A stretch of DNA of 64,000 nt from IMG/VR virus record IMGVR_UViG_3300024341_000001; one strand, 5' to 3'. The stretch comes from a virus (Duplodnaviria; Heunggongvirae; Uroviricota; Caudoviricetes). How positions within the stretch are numbered: the first letter of the stretch is position 1; every line of letters begins with the position of its first letter. A program made the position numbers and the translations under genes. This document shows positions 25,433 through 35,173 of this stretch, in pieces. The notes beneath the pieces are model-generated. The model searched no databases. It was not told where the DNA came from and saw nothing but the letters and a program-made list of their open reading frames with translations.

Positions 25433-26830
25433 TTATTTTCTAAGTGCGGCAATCATATCTGTTTTATGCTTAAGTAATATATCACTTACACCTACTTTAT
25501 AGATATGTGGGTTTTCAAATCTAGTGAATTCTTTTCCTAAGCTCTGCAGACGACTTTCCGCATAAAGTCTTGATGTACGTACGATAGGATTAGTTATTAC
25601 AACCTTTCCATTTTCCACGCACTTTATTAAAAGCGCTTCGTTTTTTAGATCTCCAACATCTGATAATCTATCTGGATAAACAGGATCATACAACTTCTTC
25701 GGTGGAGGCATTCCTGCGCAAGTAATACCGTCGCCATAAAAAGTGCCGTCGTTATTATAATAACGATACAGATCTTTTGGTCCGGGTAATGTAGCTTTTT
25801 CAGGATTATCTGAAAATTTCATTTTCGGCTGTCCTTGAATCGATGATAGTTTATATACACCATCATGAGCTCCAGCGCCAGCACCGATAATTAAATTTGT
25901 GCCTACACCATAAATATCAATAGGAGCGTCCTGTTCTTCTAGACTACGAATTACATATTCATCTAATTGATTAGATGCAACTATTTTTACATAAGACAAA
26001 TTGGCCTCATCAAGAAGATTTCTTGCTTTTTTGCTTAGGTACGCAAAGTCGCCGCTATCTAATCGGATACCATGTAATTTACATCCGTTGGCTTCAAGTT
26101 CTTTAGCTACGATTATTGCATTCGGCACACCACTTTTTAATGTATCATAAGTATCAACTAGCAACACTGTGTTGTGCGGATATTCTTTAGCAAACGCACG
26201 AAATGCAGTTAACTCGTTTTCAAAACCAAGTATCCAGGCATGAGCCATTGTACCTACCGCTAAGAGATCGTATTTCTTTGCGGCATAAACATTAGAAGTT
26301 GAAGTTGCACCACCAATAATAGCGGCTTTACTCGCCAAAATACCTCCCAACCCCTGTGCACGTCGTAATCCCATATCAATTATAGGTCGTTCGTTTACAA
26401 CTTGTTTTATACGTGCTGCTTTAGTTGCGATCAATGTACTGAAGTTGATAATGTTGAGCAACAGAGTTTCTAATAATTGACACTCTAGCCAACCACCTTC
26501 AATTCGCAGTATAGGTTCATTTGGAAAAACAACTTCGCCCTCACGCACAGAATAGATATCGCCTTTGAATTGAAAGTCACGTAAATAACTCAAAAAGCCT
26601 GCGTGAAAAATTCCTTGATGAAATAAATACGTTGTATCTTCTTCGGTAAATTTCCAATTCTTTAAGATATCTAACAACTCACTTAATCCGGCAAATAATG
26701 CATAACCGCCGCCGTATGGGTTACGTCGATAAAAATAATCATACGTGGCTCGGTCATTATGGCGGCTCATCTGGAAATATCCTTGTGCCATAACAAGTTG
26801 ATACATATCTGTGTATAACCCGTAGTTCAT
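25433..26830 (-). CDS. pncB: Nicotinate phosphoribosyltransferase
   Basis: TDMYQLVM, DMGLRRAQG, GTMAHAW, LVDTYDT, IRLDSGD, GVGT. Confidence 0.93.
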   Translation of the reverse strand: MNYGLYTDMYQLVMAQGYFQMSRHNDRATYDYFYRRNPYGGGYALFAGLSELLDILKNWKFTEEDTTYLFHQGIFHAGFLSYLRDFQFKGDIYSVREGEVVFPNEPILRIEGGWLECQLLETLLLNIINFSTLIATKAARIKQVVNERPIIDMGLRRAQGLGGILASKAAIIGGATSTSNVYAAKKYDLLAVGTMAHAWILGFENELTAFRAFAKEYPHNTVLLVDTYDTLKSGVPNAIIVAKELEANGCKLHGIRLDSGDFAYLSKKARNLLDEANLSYVKIVASNQLDEYVIRSLEEQDAPIDIYGVGTNLIIGAGAGAHDGVYKLSSIQGQPKMKFSDNPEKATLPGPKDLYRYYNNDGTFYGDGITCAGMPPPKKLYDPVYPDRLSDVGDLKNEALLIKCVENGKVVITNPIVRTSRLYAESRLQSLGKEFTRFENPHIYKVGVSDILLKHKTDMIAALRK

Positions 26831-27060
26831 ATTTTTATCCTTATTATTTGTGTATTATATAACCAATTATGCTCAATAATGGCATTACTCTTACACACTT
26901 CACCATCACTGTCTACGGTGGTGCCACGTATGAAAGCTTTTACATTACCCTTGTGTGTGATATGAAAAGGAGCGTCGAAGTTGTGGTGTTCGTATCCCGT
27001 GGGGCGCACCATGGACTTATAGCAGTCAGTGAATTTATCATTATCCAAACAATAAGTCAT
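26827..27060 (-). CDS. Hypothetical protein
   Basis: 77 aa, coupled to neighbours. Confidence 0.5.
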   Translation of the reverse strand: MTYCLDNDKFTDCYKSMVRPTGYEHHNFDAPFHITHKGNVKAFIRGTTVDSDGEVCKSNAIIEHNWLYNTQIIRIKI

Positions 27061-27932
27061 TTTTTACCTTTTGTTTTAGGTTTTTTATACAACGCTAATT
27101 TCTTCAACGCCTCGTCAAACTCCGCCTGTACTGTATCGGAAACTATTGCCTCATCTTTTTCAAAATGCTTTAATAATTCTAGAGCTTGTGCACTGTCACC
27201 GAATTTCACTTGCTCTTCCACACGCCGTGTCATAGCCTGCAACGCAGTGATACGTTCATAATGTTGATTTATAACTTTAATGATAGCTTCCGATATTCCA
27301 GGAATACCTGCATATAGTCGTTTAGAAATAGTAACATCTAATTCTTGCAAAGCACGTCCTTCCCGTGAAAGCTGAGCCAATAATGAAGCACGATCAGCTT
27401 CGATCTTTTTGACATATTTTCTGAAAGCACCGATTGTCATGTTTTGATCTAGCTCATTCATATCTATTGTACCAGACAATTCATCCAACGTATCTTTCTT
27501 TTCTTGTAGGGATTTTTGATCTCTATCATATTGCTCCAATAGTTTGAATGTTTCTGCATCAACTACTTTAATGGCATTTTTTAAGATCGGTAGTTTTTTT
27601 AGCACGGTATTGGCACGTTCTTCGGCAATTTTTTGTAACTCATCCCAATTTCTACCGTGCAAAGAACCGCAGTTACTATTAGTAATAACTGCACTCACAC
27701 ATTGTATATTTCTTGTATGTTTGTTACTTATAAATTTGCGATCAATCGCTTTATCTATAATTACGTGCGCTGTATGTTCCAATAACCACGCTGCCACTTC
27801 AACACGTTCTTTAAACGTTTTTAAGAATTCGTTCTTTTTGTTATCGGCCCAAAAAGCTATAGGTCTGGTATCGGCCATGTTAATCAATGACGTGTTAGAA
27901 GTATCTAACAACGCATCTTGTTGATTTTCCAC
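27057..27932 (-). CDS. Coiled-coil hypothetical protein
   Basis: 291-aa ORF. Confidence 0.65.
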   Translation of the reverse strand: MENQQDALLDTSNTSLINMADTRPIAFWADNKKNEFLKTFKERVEVAAWLLEHTAHVIIDKAIDRKFISNKHTRNIQCVSAVITNSNCGSLHGRNWDELQKIAEERANTVLKKLPILKNAIKVVDAETFKLLEQYDRDQKSLQEKKDTLDELSGTIDMNELDQNMTIGAFRKYVKKIEADRASLLAQLSREGRALQELDVTISKRLYAGIPGISEAIIKVINQHYERITALQAMTRRVEEQVKFGDSAQALELLKHFEKDEAIVSDTVQAEFDEALKKLALYKKPKTKGKK

Positions 27933-27973
27933 TGAGTTATTCCTTTTATATTTTTTGAAAATTGTGAGTTAGG

Positions 27974-28046
27974 TGCATCCGACAGGACTTGAACCTGTAA
28001 CTTCCGGTTTAAGAGACCGGCACTCTACCAATTAAGTTACGGATGC
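27974..28046 (-). tRNA. tRNA-Lys(CTT)
   Basis: Loop CTCTTAA. Confidence 0.94.
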
Positions 28047-28250
28047 TTAATTATCTGGAATTAATATTCCATTATTATCTTTAAACTTTTCTAGGGCTTG
28101 ATGTATATTATATATTTCAACATGCCTAACTTCTCCACCAAGTTCTATATCAATAAATTTACCTAATACCGCCCATGTATCAGGAAGCAAACACTGATGT
28201 AGTACAGCTCTGCCATTACCAGCAGGTAAACGTAAATCAACACGTATCAT
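28047..28250 (-). CDS. Hypothetical protein
   Basis: 67 aa with AAGGA SD. Confidence 0.5.
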   Translation of the reverse strand: MIRVDLRLPAGNGRAVLHQCLLPDTWAVLGKFIDIELGGEVRHVEIYNIHQALEKFKDNNGILIPDN

Positions 28251-28313
28251 TAGATTTCCTTATTACTATATGATTGGAATTAGTTGGTATATATGAAACT
28301 TATTTTTTTCATG

Positions 28314-28385
28314 AGCCAGAGATGGGACTTGAACCCATGACCTCCTGCTTACCATGCAGGTACTCTACCGCTGAGTTACTCCGGC
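28314..28385 (-). tRNA. tRNA-Thr(GGT)
   Basis: Loop ATGGTAA. Confidence 0.92.
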
Positions 28386-28540
28386 CATATATTCATTTGT
28401 GTGACTTATAATAAAGGAATATACCTAACCCTAAAAGTGTCACGCCGATTATCACACCGGTTATAATTTGTTTATTAGATATTTCGAGTGAATTAAAATC
28501 CATATCAAAACATCCGTAGGTATCTATTGATTGGTTCATA

Positions 28541-29023
28541 TTATGTCCACATGTAAGATCGATATTGAATTATTAAATGTAAAATTTCTTGGTCTTTAGC
28601 TTCATAAAATCTTTCTGCTTTATGCACAGATTCTGCATCTTTTTTGCTTATTTTATCTAGTTCCTCCCACGAAATACTGCCAAAAACATTGTGTAGTAAT
28701 GTCTCGTATTTTTCTACTGCTTTGGGACGTTCCTCTTTTATCCATTTATATGCTTTTAATAAAGCCTTTGCAGCTTCTTGATGTTTTGGATCACTGTCCC
28801 AATCAACACGATTCATTGCAAACTCATCCTCAATGAAACGTACGAGATATTCAAATACTGCTAAACGAATAAGTTCGTCCTTATCGCACCATGTTGGTGG
28901 TCGATTTAAAATCAGTATATTATGGGGGTGTCTCCAAGCAATAAACCAGTACCACCATTCATATAATTTACCTCGCCAGGACATGCCTTTAGTCTCTGGC
29001 CATATATTTTTTATTTTTTTCAT
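28541..29023 (-). CDS. Hypothetical protein
   Basis: 160-aa Trp-rich ORF. Confidence 0.6.
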   Translation of the reverse strand: MKKIKNIWPETKGMSWRGKLYEWWYWFIAWRHPHNILILNRPPTWCDKDELIRLAVFEYLVRFIEDEFAMNRVDWDSDPKHQEAAKALLKAYKWIKEERPKAVEKYETLLHNVFGSISWEELDKISKKDAESVHKAERFYEAKDQEILHLIIQYRSYMWT

Positions 29024-29027
29024 AGTG

Positions 29028-29107
29028 TAGCCTCTAAGGGACTCGAACCCTTACTCCGAAGAATACGGTCCTAAGCCGTACGCGGCTGCCAATTACGCCA
29101 AGAGGCT
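29028..29107 (-). tRNA. tRNA-Leu(TAG)
   Basis: Loop CTTAGGA, long variable arm. Confidence 0.93.
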
Positions 29108-29236
29108 AGAAATTCCAATTTACACATTTGCCTTTAAAACCGACAATTATATTATTTATAGCAACACCTATAGCTAATATTAATAAACAAGTACCTAACC
29201 ATATCCAAAAATCTGACATAATGAATTGTAATAGTT

Positions 29237-29422
29237 CTAACATTTTACATCCTTTCTTAAAAATTTTAGACATATACAGAGATCACACCCTATTGGTTTT
29301 CGACGGTCTGCACTACAAATTATCATATGGTCATATTGTTTTTCTTCGCCATAGAGTTTTTTATGTAAAGGAGTTTGCGAATACTTATTTAACCATTTTG
29401 GTTTTAGATTTATTTGTTTCAT
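29237..29422 (-). CDS. Hypothetical protein
   Basis: 61-aa ORF. Confidence 0.45.
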   Translation of the reverse strand: MKQINLKPKWLNKYSQTPLHKKLYGEEKQYDHMIICSADRRKPIGCDLCICLKFLRKDVKC

Positions 29423-29424
29423 AG

Positions 29425-29504
29425 TGACCTTGAAGAGACTCGAACTCTTATGCTTTCGCGACAGATCTTGAATCTGTTGTGTCTGCCAGTTTCACCACAA
29501 GGCC
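29425..29504 (-). tRNA. tRNA-Leu(CAA)
   Basis: Loop TTCAAGA, variable arm CGCGAAAGC. Confidence 0.93.
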
Positions 29505-29510
29505 TTAACA

Positions 29511-29954
29511 CTATATAACATAAATCGGTATTTTTGCTTCATTCAACATTATTAACGCCGCTTTAAAATTTTCGCCCCAACGCTCGTTAGCTTCGGGGTT
29601 ATCTTCACATCGTGTATTATCGATATAAACTTCACAGATACCTGATTGAATTATAGCTCTGGCACATTCTGCACATGGATACCAACTTAAGTAAATACGT
29701 GCACCATCTAGAGATACGCCACGACGTGCTGCTAAGTAAATTGCATTCCTTTCGGCGTGTTCTGTGTACATATACTTAGCCGGGCGTTCGAATCGTTCTG
29801 GAGATTCATTTACTAATCTAGGAATACCATTAAAACCCGTAGATATAATTTCATTATACGGCCCAACTATAACACATCCAACCTTTGTAGAGGGATCCTT
29901 GGACTTTGTTTTAATAACAGTTACTAAATCAAAAAAATATTTAGACCATTCCAT
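29511..29954 (-). CDS. dCMP deaminase
   Basis: HAERNA and PCAECARAII zinc motifs, KVGCVIV. Confidence 0.92.
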   Translation of the reverse strand: MEWSKYFFDLVTVIKTKSKDPSTKVGCVIVGPYNEIISTGFNGIPRLVNESPERFERPAKYMYTEHAERNAIYLAARRGVSLDGARIYLSWYPCAECARAIIQSGICEVYIDNTRCEDNPEANERWGENFKAALIMLNEAKIPIYVI

Positions 29955-29956
29955 AG

Positions 29957-30037
29957 TCGTCTCTGAGAGACTCGAACTCTCATGCTATTCGCGACGCGTT
30001 CTGGACGCGTTGTGTCTACCAATTCCACCAAGAGACG
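29957..30037 (-). tRNA. tRNA-Leu(CAG)
   Basis: Loop TCCAGAA, long variable arm. Confidence 0.9.
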
Positions 30038-30061
30038 AGGTGGGATTACTCCCACCAGTCG

Positions 30062-30268
30062 TTACGAAGTTGCTTTTGTAACATTTTTCGCTTGGAGACC
30101 TTTCTCTCCTTGCTCGACGTCGAAATTAACCGCTTCGCCGTCTTTTAGTGATTTATAACCATCACCCGTGATTGCCTTGTAATGTACAAAAACATCTTCA
30201 CCGGTGGCACGGGTTATGAAACCATAACCTTTGGCATTATTGAACCACTTGACTGTGCCTTGTTCCAT
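30062..30268 (-). CDS. cspA: Cold-shock protein (CspA family)
   Basis: [20 protein letters not shown]; start revised to MEQGTV. Confidence 0.95.
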   Translation of the reverse strand: MEQGTVKWFNNAKGYGFITRATGEDVFVHYKAITGDGYKSLKDGEAVNFDVEQGEKGLQAKNVTKATS

Positions 30269-30331
30269 GTTGCTTTGATCCTTTATGTTGTTTTGTTGCA
30301 TTAGGTGCACTTATTGTGCAACTCCTAATAG

Positions 30332-30412
30332 TCGGGAGAGAGGGATTCGAACCCTCATGCTGTTCGCGTGGCCTTTTAAGGACCATGTGGCTGCCAATTT
30401 CACCATCCCCCG
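30332..30412 (-). tRNA. tRNA-Leu(TAA)
   Basis: Loop CTTAAAA, long variable arm. Confidence 0.93.
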
Positions 30413-30642
30413 GATAATTCTACTTCTGCATATATTTTTTTAATATCTATGTTATTAAGATTCAATAATGCTTCCATACCTTTTAGATAAGCATTTTTTT
30501 CAAGGAGTATTAAATAATCTCTTGGACTTAATTCGAACTGATCGAATTCAAGTTTTGATGCTGGATTCCAGCCATATGAAACTTTTAAATTATAGCACCA
30601 AGTTAAATACTTGCGCACCTCTTGTTTATATTGTTCTAGCAT
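30400..30642 (-). CDS. Hypothetical protein
   Basis: 80 aa, 3' end overlaps the tRNA-Leu 5' end. Confidence 0.5.
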   Translation of the reverse strand: MLEQYKQEVRKYLTWCYNLKVSYGWNPASKLEFDQFELSPRDYLILLEKNAYLKGMEALLNLNNIDIKKIYAEVELSGGW

Positions 30643-30652
30643 AATTTATAAT

Positions 30653-30788
30653 TTATTACGGCGCTCAAATATGGATCGGGGGTAGTGAAAGTCATTATCC
30701 CTTATGAGCTTTGAGCAGTCTGCTTGCGTTACCTTTCACCCACTTCAGACCTTCGGCACTCTATCTCGCTCCTTTGTCGCCGTAATAA
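30653..30788 (-). ncRNA. Candidate pseudoknotted RNA closed by a perfect 11-bp stem
   Basis: TTATTACGGCG/CGCCGTAATAA; crossing GTCTG/CAGAC, GTGAAAG/CTTTCAC, GCTCAAA/TTTGAGC. Confidence 0.5.
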
Positions 30789-30792
30789 TTTG

Positions 30793-30866
30793 TGCACCCG
30801 AGAGGACTCGAACCTCCACCTAACGGATTAAAAGTCCGCTGCATTATCCAGTTTTGCTACGAGTGC
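30793..30866 (-). tRNA. tRNA-Lys(TTT)
   Basis: Loop CTTTTAA. Confidence 0.93.
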
Positions 30867-31062
30867 TGCTTTTCAAGAATTCTTGTAAAGAGGTTGTTCT
30901 GTAACTTAATTTAAATACTAATGGATTTGTTTTGTAATATTCTCGTGTAATTATGTTAACAAAGGCTTTGTCTATTTCGTCCGTAATATTTTTTGCGGAC
31001 CTGTCTACAAATTTGTCGAGATCTTTATAAACGTCCATACTCCATGTGATTTTTGCTTTCAT
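30844..31062 (-). CDS. Hypothetical protein
   Basis: MKAKITW ORF between two tRNAs. Confidence 0.45.
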   Translation of the reverse strand: MKAKITWSMDVYKDLDKFVDRSAKNITDEIDKAFVNIITREYYKTNPLVFKLSYRTTSLQEFLKSSTRSKTG

Positions 31063-31064
31063 CG

Positions 31065-31138
31065 TCGGCACCCTGGGGGTTGAACCCAGAACCTTTGGCT
31101 TATCAGACCAATGCTCTAACCAGTTGAGCTAGATGCCG
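31065..31138 (-). tRNA. tRNA-Ile(GAT)
   Basis: Loop CTGATAA. Confidence 0.93.
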
Positions 31139-31160
31139 TTTAATATTATTCACAATCCTT

Positions 31161-31637
31161 TCATGCCAAATCCAATTGCAAAAATACTCTAGTTGTCATT
31201 AATAACGTACCCAGAATATTATACTTGTATTGAGTTTTGCAGTAATCACACGTACATGCTCCCCAGTAATTATCATGCCAAGTATTACCTTCTTCAAGAA
31301 AAAGATTACCCGTCGCTATTAACTTTTTTCGTAATTCGGGGTAATTAGTGAACTTGGCCGCCAACAACTGGGCCATAACAGTTTGTTTTATAAGTTCCCA
31401 ATCAGGACGACGATCAACTATTCGTCCTAACTGTTTTGCTTTACCCGGAGTCGGTGCAACTCGAATTTCTTCGCGCTGCGCAGGATTCAATGTTTTGGCC
31501 GCCTGAAAAGCATGTTCAACCGTAGGATATTCAGCGCCATCATATGTGATGGGGGCTGGATAGAAATTTGATAAGAATTCCCACTCGTCCTTAAAACTTG
31601 TTATCGAATACAAATTTTGTTGCTCCTTCGTGTCCAT
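31161..31637 (-). CDS. NADAR (YbiA-like) ADP-ribose hydrolase
   Basis: FLSNFY...PTVEHAFQAAK...AKF...EGNTWHDNYWG. Confidence 0.9.
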   Translation of the reverse strand: MDTKEQQNLYSITSFKDEWEFLSNFYPAPITYDGAEYPTVEHAFQAAKTLNPAQREEIRVAPTPGKAKQLGRIVDRRPDWELIKQTVMAQLLAAKFTNYPELRKKLIATGNLFLEEGNTWHDNYWGACTCDYCKTQYKYNILGTLLMTTRVFLQLDLA

Positions 31638-32307
31638 GTATTTGCTCACAATCCTCGAATGTGTTATAAACAGTGACTGATGCTATTTTTCCATACCATG
31701 TTACTACGCATTTACCGTTTGTAAATATAACTCCTTCTCCTACTATACCTTTTCCAGAAACACCGCTAACATCTTTTTCACGACTCAATTTGAATGTCCG
31801 TGGAATCACACTTTTCATTAAAGCGTCTAATGTTTCCCACATTTTTTCGTTACCATCGTTCGCAAAGAATAAGCGAGCTTTAAATTCTGGATACTCCTTC
31901 ATATACATTGTCAGCTGCGGAGACTTTTCAGCCTTGGAATACCGCATGTTTGCTATACGGTCAGCTAATTTTAAACGTGTGAATCGCAAATGACCCGCCG
32001 TTTTATTGTACATTGCTTCTTTGCGTTCCTTACGATTCTTACCTTCTCCATCAGTAACCGCTAAAACCAATGCAGTAGTTATCATACCAAATTCTTCTTG
32101 CAGTTCCTCTTGCGAAGTTTTTGTGTCTTCTAATATATCATGTAAGAATCCTGCCGCTAACATCGATGGGTCGGTTTCGCCAAATTCCATTAAAACATGA
32201 TAAACGTTATCAAGATGTACTATAATATCCACTGGCAATGTACCATATTTATGTCCTGCATGTCGTTTCTCTGCAAAGCTTCGTGCCTTTTTTACTAGTT
32301 CGTGCAT
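31591..32307 (-). CDS. Small alarmone hydrolase-like HD protein (Mesh1/SpoT-type) with C-terminal extension
   Basis: HAGHKYG, LHDILEDT, KLADRIANM; start revised to MHELVKK. Confidence 0.85.
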   Translation of the reverse strand: MHELVKKARSFAEKRHAGHKYGTLPVDIIVHLDNVYHVLMEFGETDPSMLAAGFLHDILEDTKTSQEELQEEFGMITTALVLAVTDGEGKNRKERKEAMYNKTAGHLRFTRLKLADRIANMRYSKAEKSPQLTMYMKEYPEFKARLFFANDGNEKMWETLDALMKSVIPRTFKLSREKDVSGVSGKGIVGEGVIFTNGKCVVTWYGKIASVTVYNTFEDCEQIHGHEGATKFVFDNKF

Positions 32308-32309
32308 TG

Positions 32310-32921
32310 TTAAACCTCTATTGTTGTGTATTGTGCCTTTCCTAAACACTGAAAGGCAGTTTTGTGAATTATAAATTTTCGTGTATGATGGAAATGACCG
32401 AAACACCAATAAGATGGATTATGAAGTTCAAACATGGCTTGCAATAATTGATTTGTTCTGGAAGGTTGATTATACGCATGTTTTCCGTATAAATATATCA
32501 GCATACTTATCTTTGCTATTTCCGGACAATCATGTGAAAGCACTATTCGTGGTTTTGACACCTCGTATAATTTTAAGGCTTCATAACATTGTCGCATTGA
32601 CAGTTCCTCATCATACCACCAAGATACACCAGGAATTCTACTGTCCCAATCTGTCGACCAACCACCCCCTAGATAGAATATATCCCATTCTTCGATATAT
32701 CCAAATTCTCCAAGATAATTAGGATGTGTTTTACATAGTTCTGGATTATCATGATTACCGCGGATAAATTTATGTTGAGACGGCAACTCAGGTAAAAATG
32801 TATTTGGGAATCCATGGGCCATATCGCCTAATTGAATTGAAGGTCCATCAATCTTCTTGATCATAGGCAAATATATTTCTGTGTATAATCCATGTATATC
32901 ACCAATTATATGTATTGTCAT
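32310..32921 (-). CDS. Calcineurin-like metallophosphoesterase
   Basis: GDIHG, GD, GNHD, SHDCP, GHFH. Confidence 0.9.
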   Translation of the reverse strand: MTIHIIGDIHGLYTEIYLPMIKKIDGPSIQLGDMAHGFPNTFLPELPSQHKFIRGNHDNPELCKTHPNYLGEFGYIEEWDIFYLGGGWSTDWDSRIPGVSWWYDEELSMRQCYEALKLYEVSKPRIVLSHDCPEIAKISMLIYLYGKHAYNQPSRTNQLLQAMFELHNPSYWCFGHFHHTRKFIIHKTAFQCLGKAQYTTIEV

Positions 32922-32944
32922 AAAGTGATGCCCCTTGAGCGTAG

Positions 32945-33397
32945 TTAGCTAATAGTTATTTCTTTTTTGTCGATGCTTGGACTTGTTTTTGGAAGTTCGA
33001 TAGTAAGAACTCCACTATCCATATTAGTTTTGATGGCATCTACATCTACATCGGCTGGAAGCGCCCAGGAACGATGAAACGAGGAAAAATGTACTTCTTG
33101 AGCAAGATAACGTGTATCTTTCTTAGAAGCCTTCCCAGATTTCTCACCTTTTACAGTAAGAAACTTTCTTCCTTTATCATTTGTAACTTCTAATTTAATT
33201 TGATCTTTTCCATAACCAGGCAAAGCCGCTTCTATGACAAATTCCTTGTCTGTTTCGGAAATGTTTACTTTTGGAAATGCTCGACCAATAGGTTCAAAAC
33301 ATAGTTCCAAATTTGCTGCCTCCTCAAAGGCTTTTCTAATATCATTAAGCCAATATTCTATATCAGAGGCAAAGTCTCTTTTTAAAATAGGTAGCAT
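32945..33397 (-). CDS. Small heat-shock protein (Hsp20)
   Basis: PKVNISET, AALPG, FHRSWALP, GVLTIELPK; start revised to MLPILKR. Confidence 0.93.
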   Translation of the reverse strand: MLPILKRDFASDIEYWLNDIRKAFEEAANLELCFEPIGRAFPKVNISETDKEFVIEAALPGYGKDQIKLEVTNDKGRKFLTVKGEKSGKASKKDTRYLAQEVHFSSFHRSWALPADVDVDAIKTNMDSGVLTIELPKTSPSIDKKEITIS

Positions 33398-33440
33398 ATA
33401 TTTTCTCCTTATGAATGAAAATACGCTAAGGGGCATCTTG

Positions 33441-33514
33441 TACTCTCGGCGAGACTCGAACTCGCAACGCTCACGCTTAGAAGGCGCAGCTCTGTCCAAT
33501 TGATGTACGAGAGC
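33441..33514 (-). tRNA. tRNA-Arg(TCT)
   Basis: Loop CTTCTAA. Confidence 0.93.
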
Positions 33515-33522
33515 ATAATTTA

Positions 33523-34008
33523 TTAACAGGCTAAGTTTATATTCAGATACTCAGAGTCGCCAGTTACATATAAAAAACTGCCGAAGCGCCCCAATTCAGT
33601 GTCTGAGTAATTATCTGCTTCCTCTTCCGTAGCAAACTCTATTTCTCCAGTGATCAATGGCCATTTCCTCGAATGTTGATATACATCTAATTCTAATATA
33701 AGACCAGATTCCAGTGGAAAGTGATAACGTGTTTTGTAAACACGTCGACCAATTGTTAAGGGCCAAATTGCAATAAACACATTTTCATCTATTTGACATT
33801 GTGCTTCGTCCCGAACTACACCCATTCCTAATTTATAATTTATTTTATAATCTTTTGTATTATCTTCATGTACTCGTTGAGTAAACCTAATCCCATCTAT
33901 TGTATAACCCTGCATTAATTTTATTGATTTACTAGCTTGAGCCAGCTGTGGAAGCACAACATTCTCATCAAAGAACAAAAATTTATATTCAATTTCTTTT
34001 GGTATCAT
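33523..34008 (-). CDS. CYTH (triphosphate tunnel) domain protein
   Basis: EIEYKF, QGY, KTRY, ELDVY, EIEF. Confidence 0.85.
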   Translation of the reverse strand: MIPKEIEYKFLFFDENVVLPQLAQASKSIKLMQGYTIDGIRFTQRVHEDNTKDYKINYKLGMGVVRDEAQCQIDENVFIAIWPLTIGRRVYKTRYHFPLESGLILELDVYQHSRKWPLITGEIEFATEEEADNYSDTELGRFGSFLYVTGDSEYLNINLAC

Positions 34009-34565
34009 CCAAATTCAGCCCCTTCTTCATAACCTCGTTGTTCATTTTTTCCTATATTGAATATTTGATCTTTTCCTGCACGTACTCGTTTGGCATATCT
34101 ATCATATAAAGTAAGATAAACAGCCGCTGCCAAGTTTGTGCAATGTTTCGTGGGTATAGTGACAATTCGATGGCAGTGTTGCATATGTACTCGTTCAATA
34201 CCACCATCTTCTGGACCAAAAACATACACTGCATTATATGGATGTTCAAAGTCTAATAAGTTTTCAGAGTTTTCTCGCACTTCAATTGCAATAGGAATTG
34301 CTTTTTCAAACATATCAAACGGATAATCAAATTGTGTGAGTGTAACTTCTTTATAACCCTTCATCCGTTCTTCTCTTGGTAAACGATAATCTTTTGTTGG
34401 TGTCATTGATACACGATTGCCGGTGTACCAAACCTGGGCTATACCAAAACAAGATGCAGCACGTATTATTGCGCCAACGTTTCTTGGATATTTAGGATTA
34501 ATTAGTACGATCGAAGGAGTTACCCCGATCTTCTTATGGTTTTTACCGCAGATTAGTTGTTCCAT
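34005..34565 (-). CDS. SpoU/TrmH-family RNA methyltransferase
   Basis: PKYPRNVGAIIR, YVFGPEDGG, NLAAAV. Confidence 0.88.
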   Translation of the reverse strand: MEQLICGKNHKKIGVTPSIVLINPKYPRNVGAIIRAASCFGIAQVWYTGNRVSMTPTKDYRLPREERMKGYKEVTLTQFDYPFDMFEKAIPIAIEVRENSENLLDFEHPYNAVYVFGPEDGGIERVHMQHCHRIVTIPTKHCTNLAAAVYLTLYDRYAKRVRAGKDQIFNIGKNEQRGYEEGAEFG

Positions 34566-35173
34566 TAACTATTTATTATCTTATCTGCTAGATTATCTGA
34601 ATATAAAGCATGTACTTTATTTAACCACTGCAATGTCTTAGCTTTTGCCATATTGTAGTGCGTCCCCTCCCCATCTTTGCCGACGACTCCTTCAAAAGTG
34701 ATTCCTTCTATTTCATTATAATAGATCTTAGTGGTAAATTCTTTATTCCAGCGATAATATCCAAGATATTTTGGTATCAGTACTTTACCGTCAAATAATT
34801 TTATGAACATCTTAGGAGATACGAATCCTTTTTTATCTAAGGCCACATCAAACACCGTCAGTGTCTTCACATCATCTTTTTCATGTTGTCCAGCAAAACT
34901 TCTTTTCCCAGCAAATTCTGCAAACACTACCGCATGTTCAAATCGGTTATCAATCATAATTTGGGTAAGCGGGAATAACAACGTTTCGTGAAATAAAGGA
35001 ACTGCTGATCCAAATACGTCATCTGATTGGTCAAATAATCTTGTGCGCGTACCGAATTTAAACCAACCACGTTTTTTGCTGTATTCAAAACGTAAGTTAC
35101 TACCATCTATTTTATCGAACACGTGTGCATTAAAAGATGGCACATCTTTAGGAATTTCTGGATATTGTTTCAT
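34565..35173 (-). CDS. ATP-dependent RNA ligase (Rnl2-like)
   Basis: KIDGSN motif I, FGTR, FAEF, FDV, EGVVGK. Confidence 0.8.
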   Translation of the reverse strand: MKQYPEIPKDVPSFNAHVFDKIDGSNLRFEYSKKRGWFKFGTRTRLFDQSDDVFGSAVPLFHETLLFPLTQIMIDNRFEHAVVFAEFAGKRSFAGQHEKDDVKTLTVFDVALDKKGFVSPKMFIKLFDGKVLIPKYLGYYRWNKEFTTKIYYNEIEGITFEGVVGKDGEGTHYNMAKAKTLQWLNKVHALYSDNLADKIINS

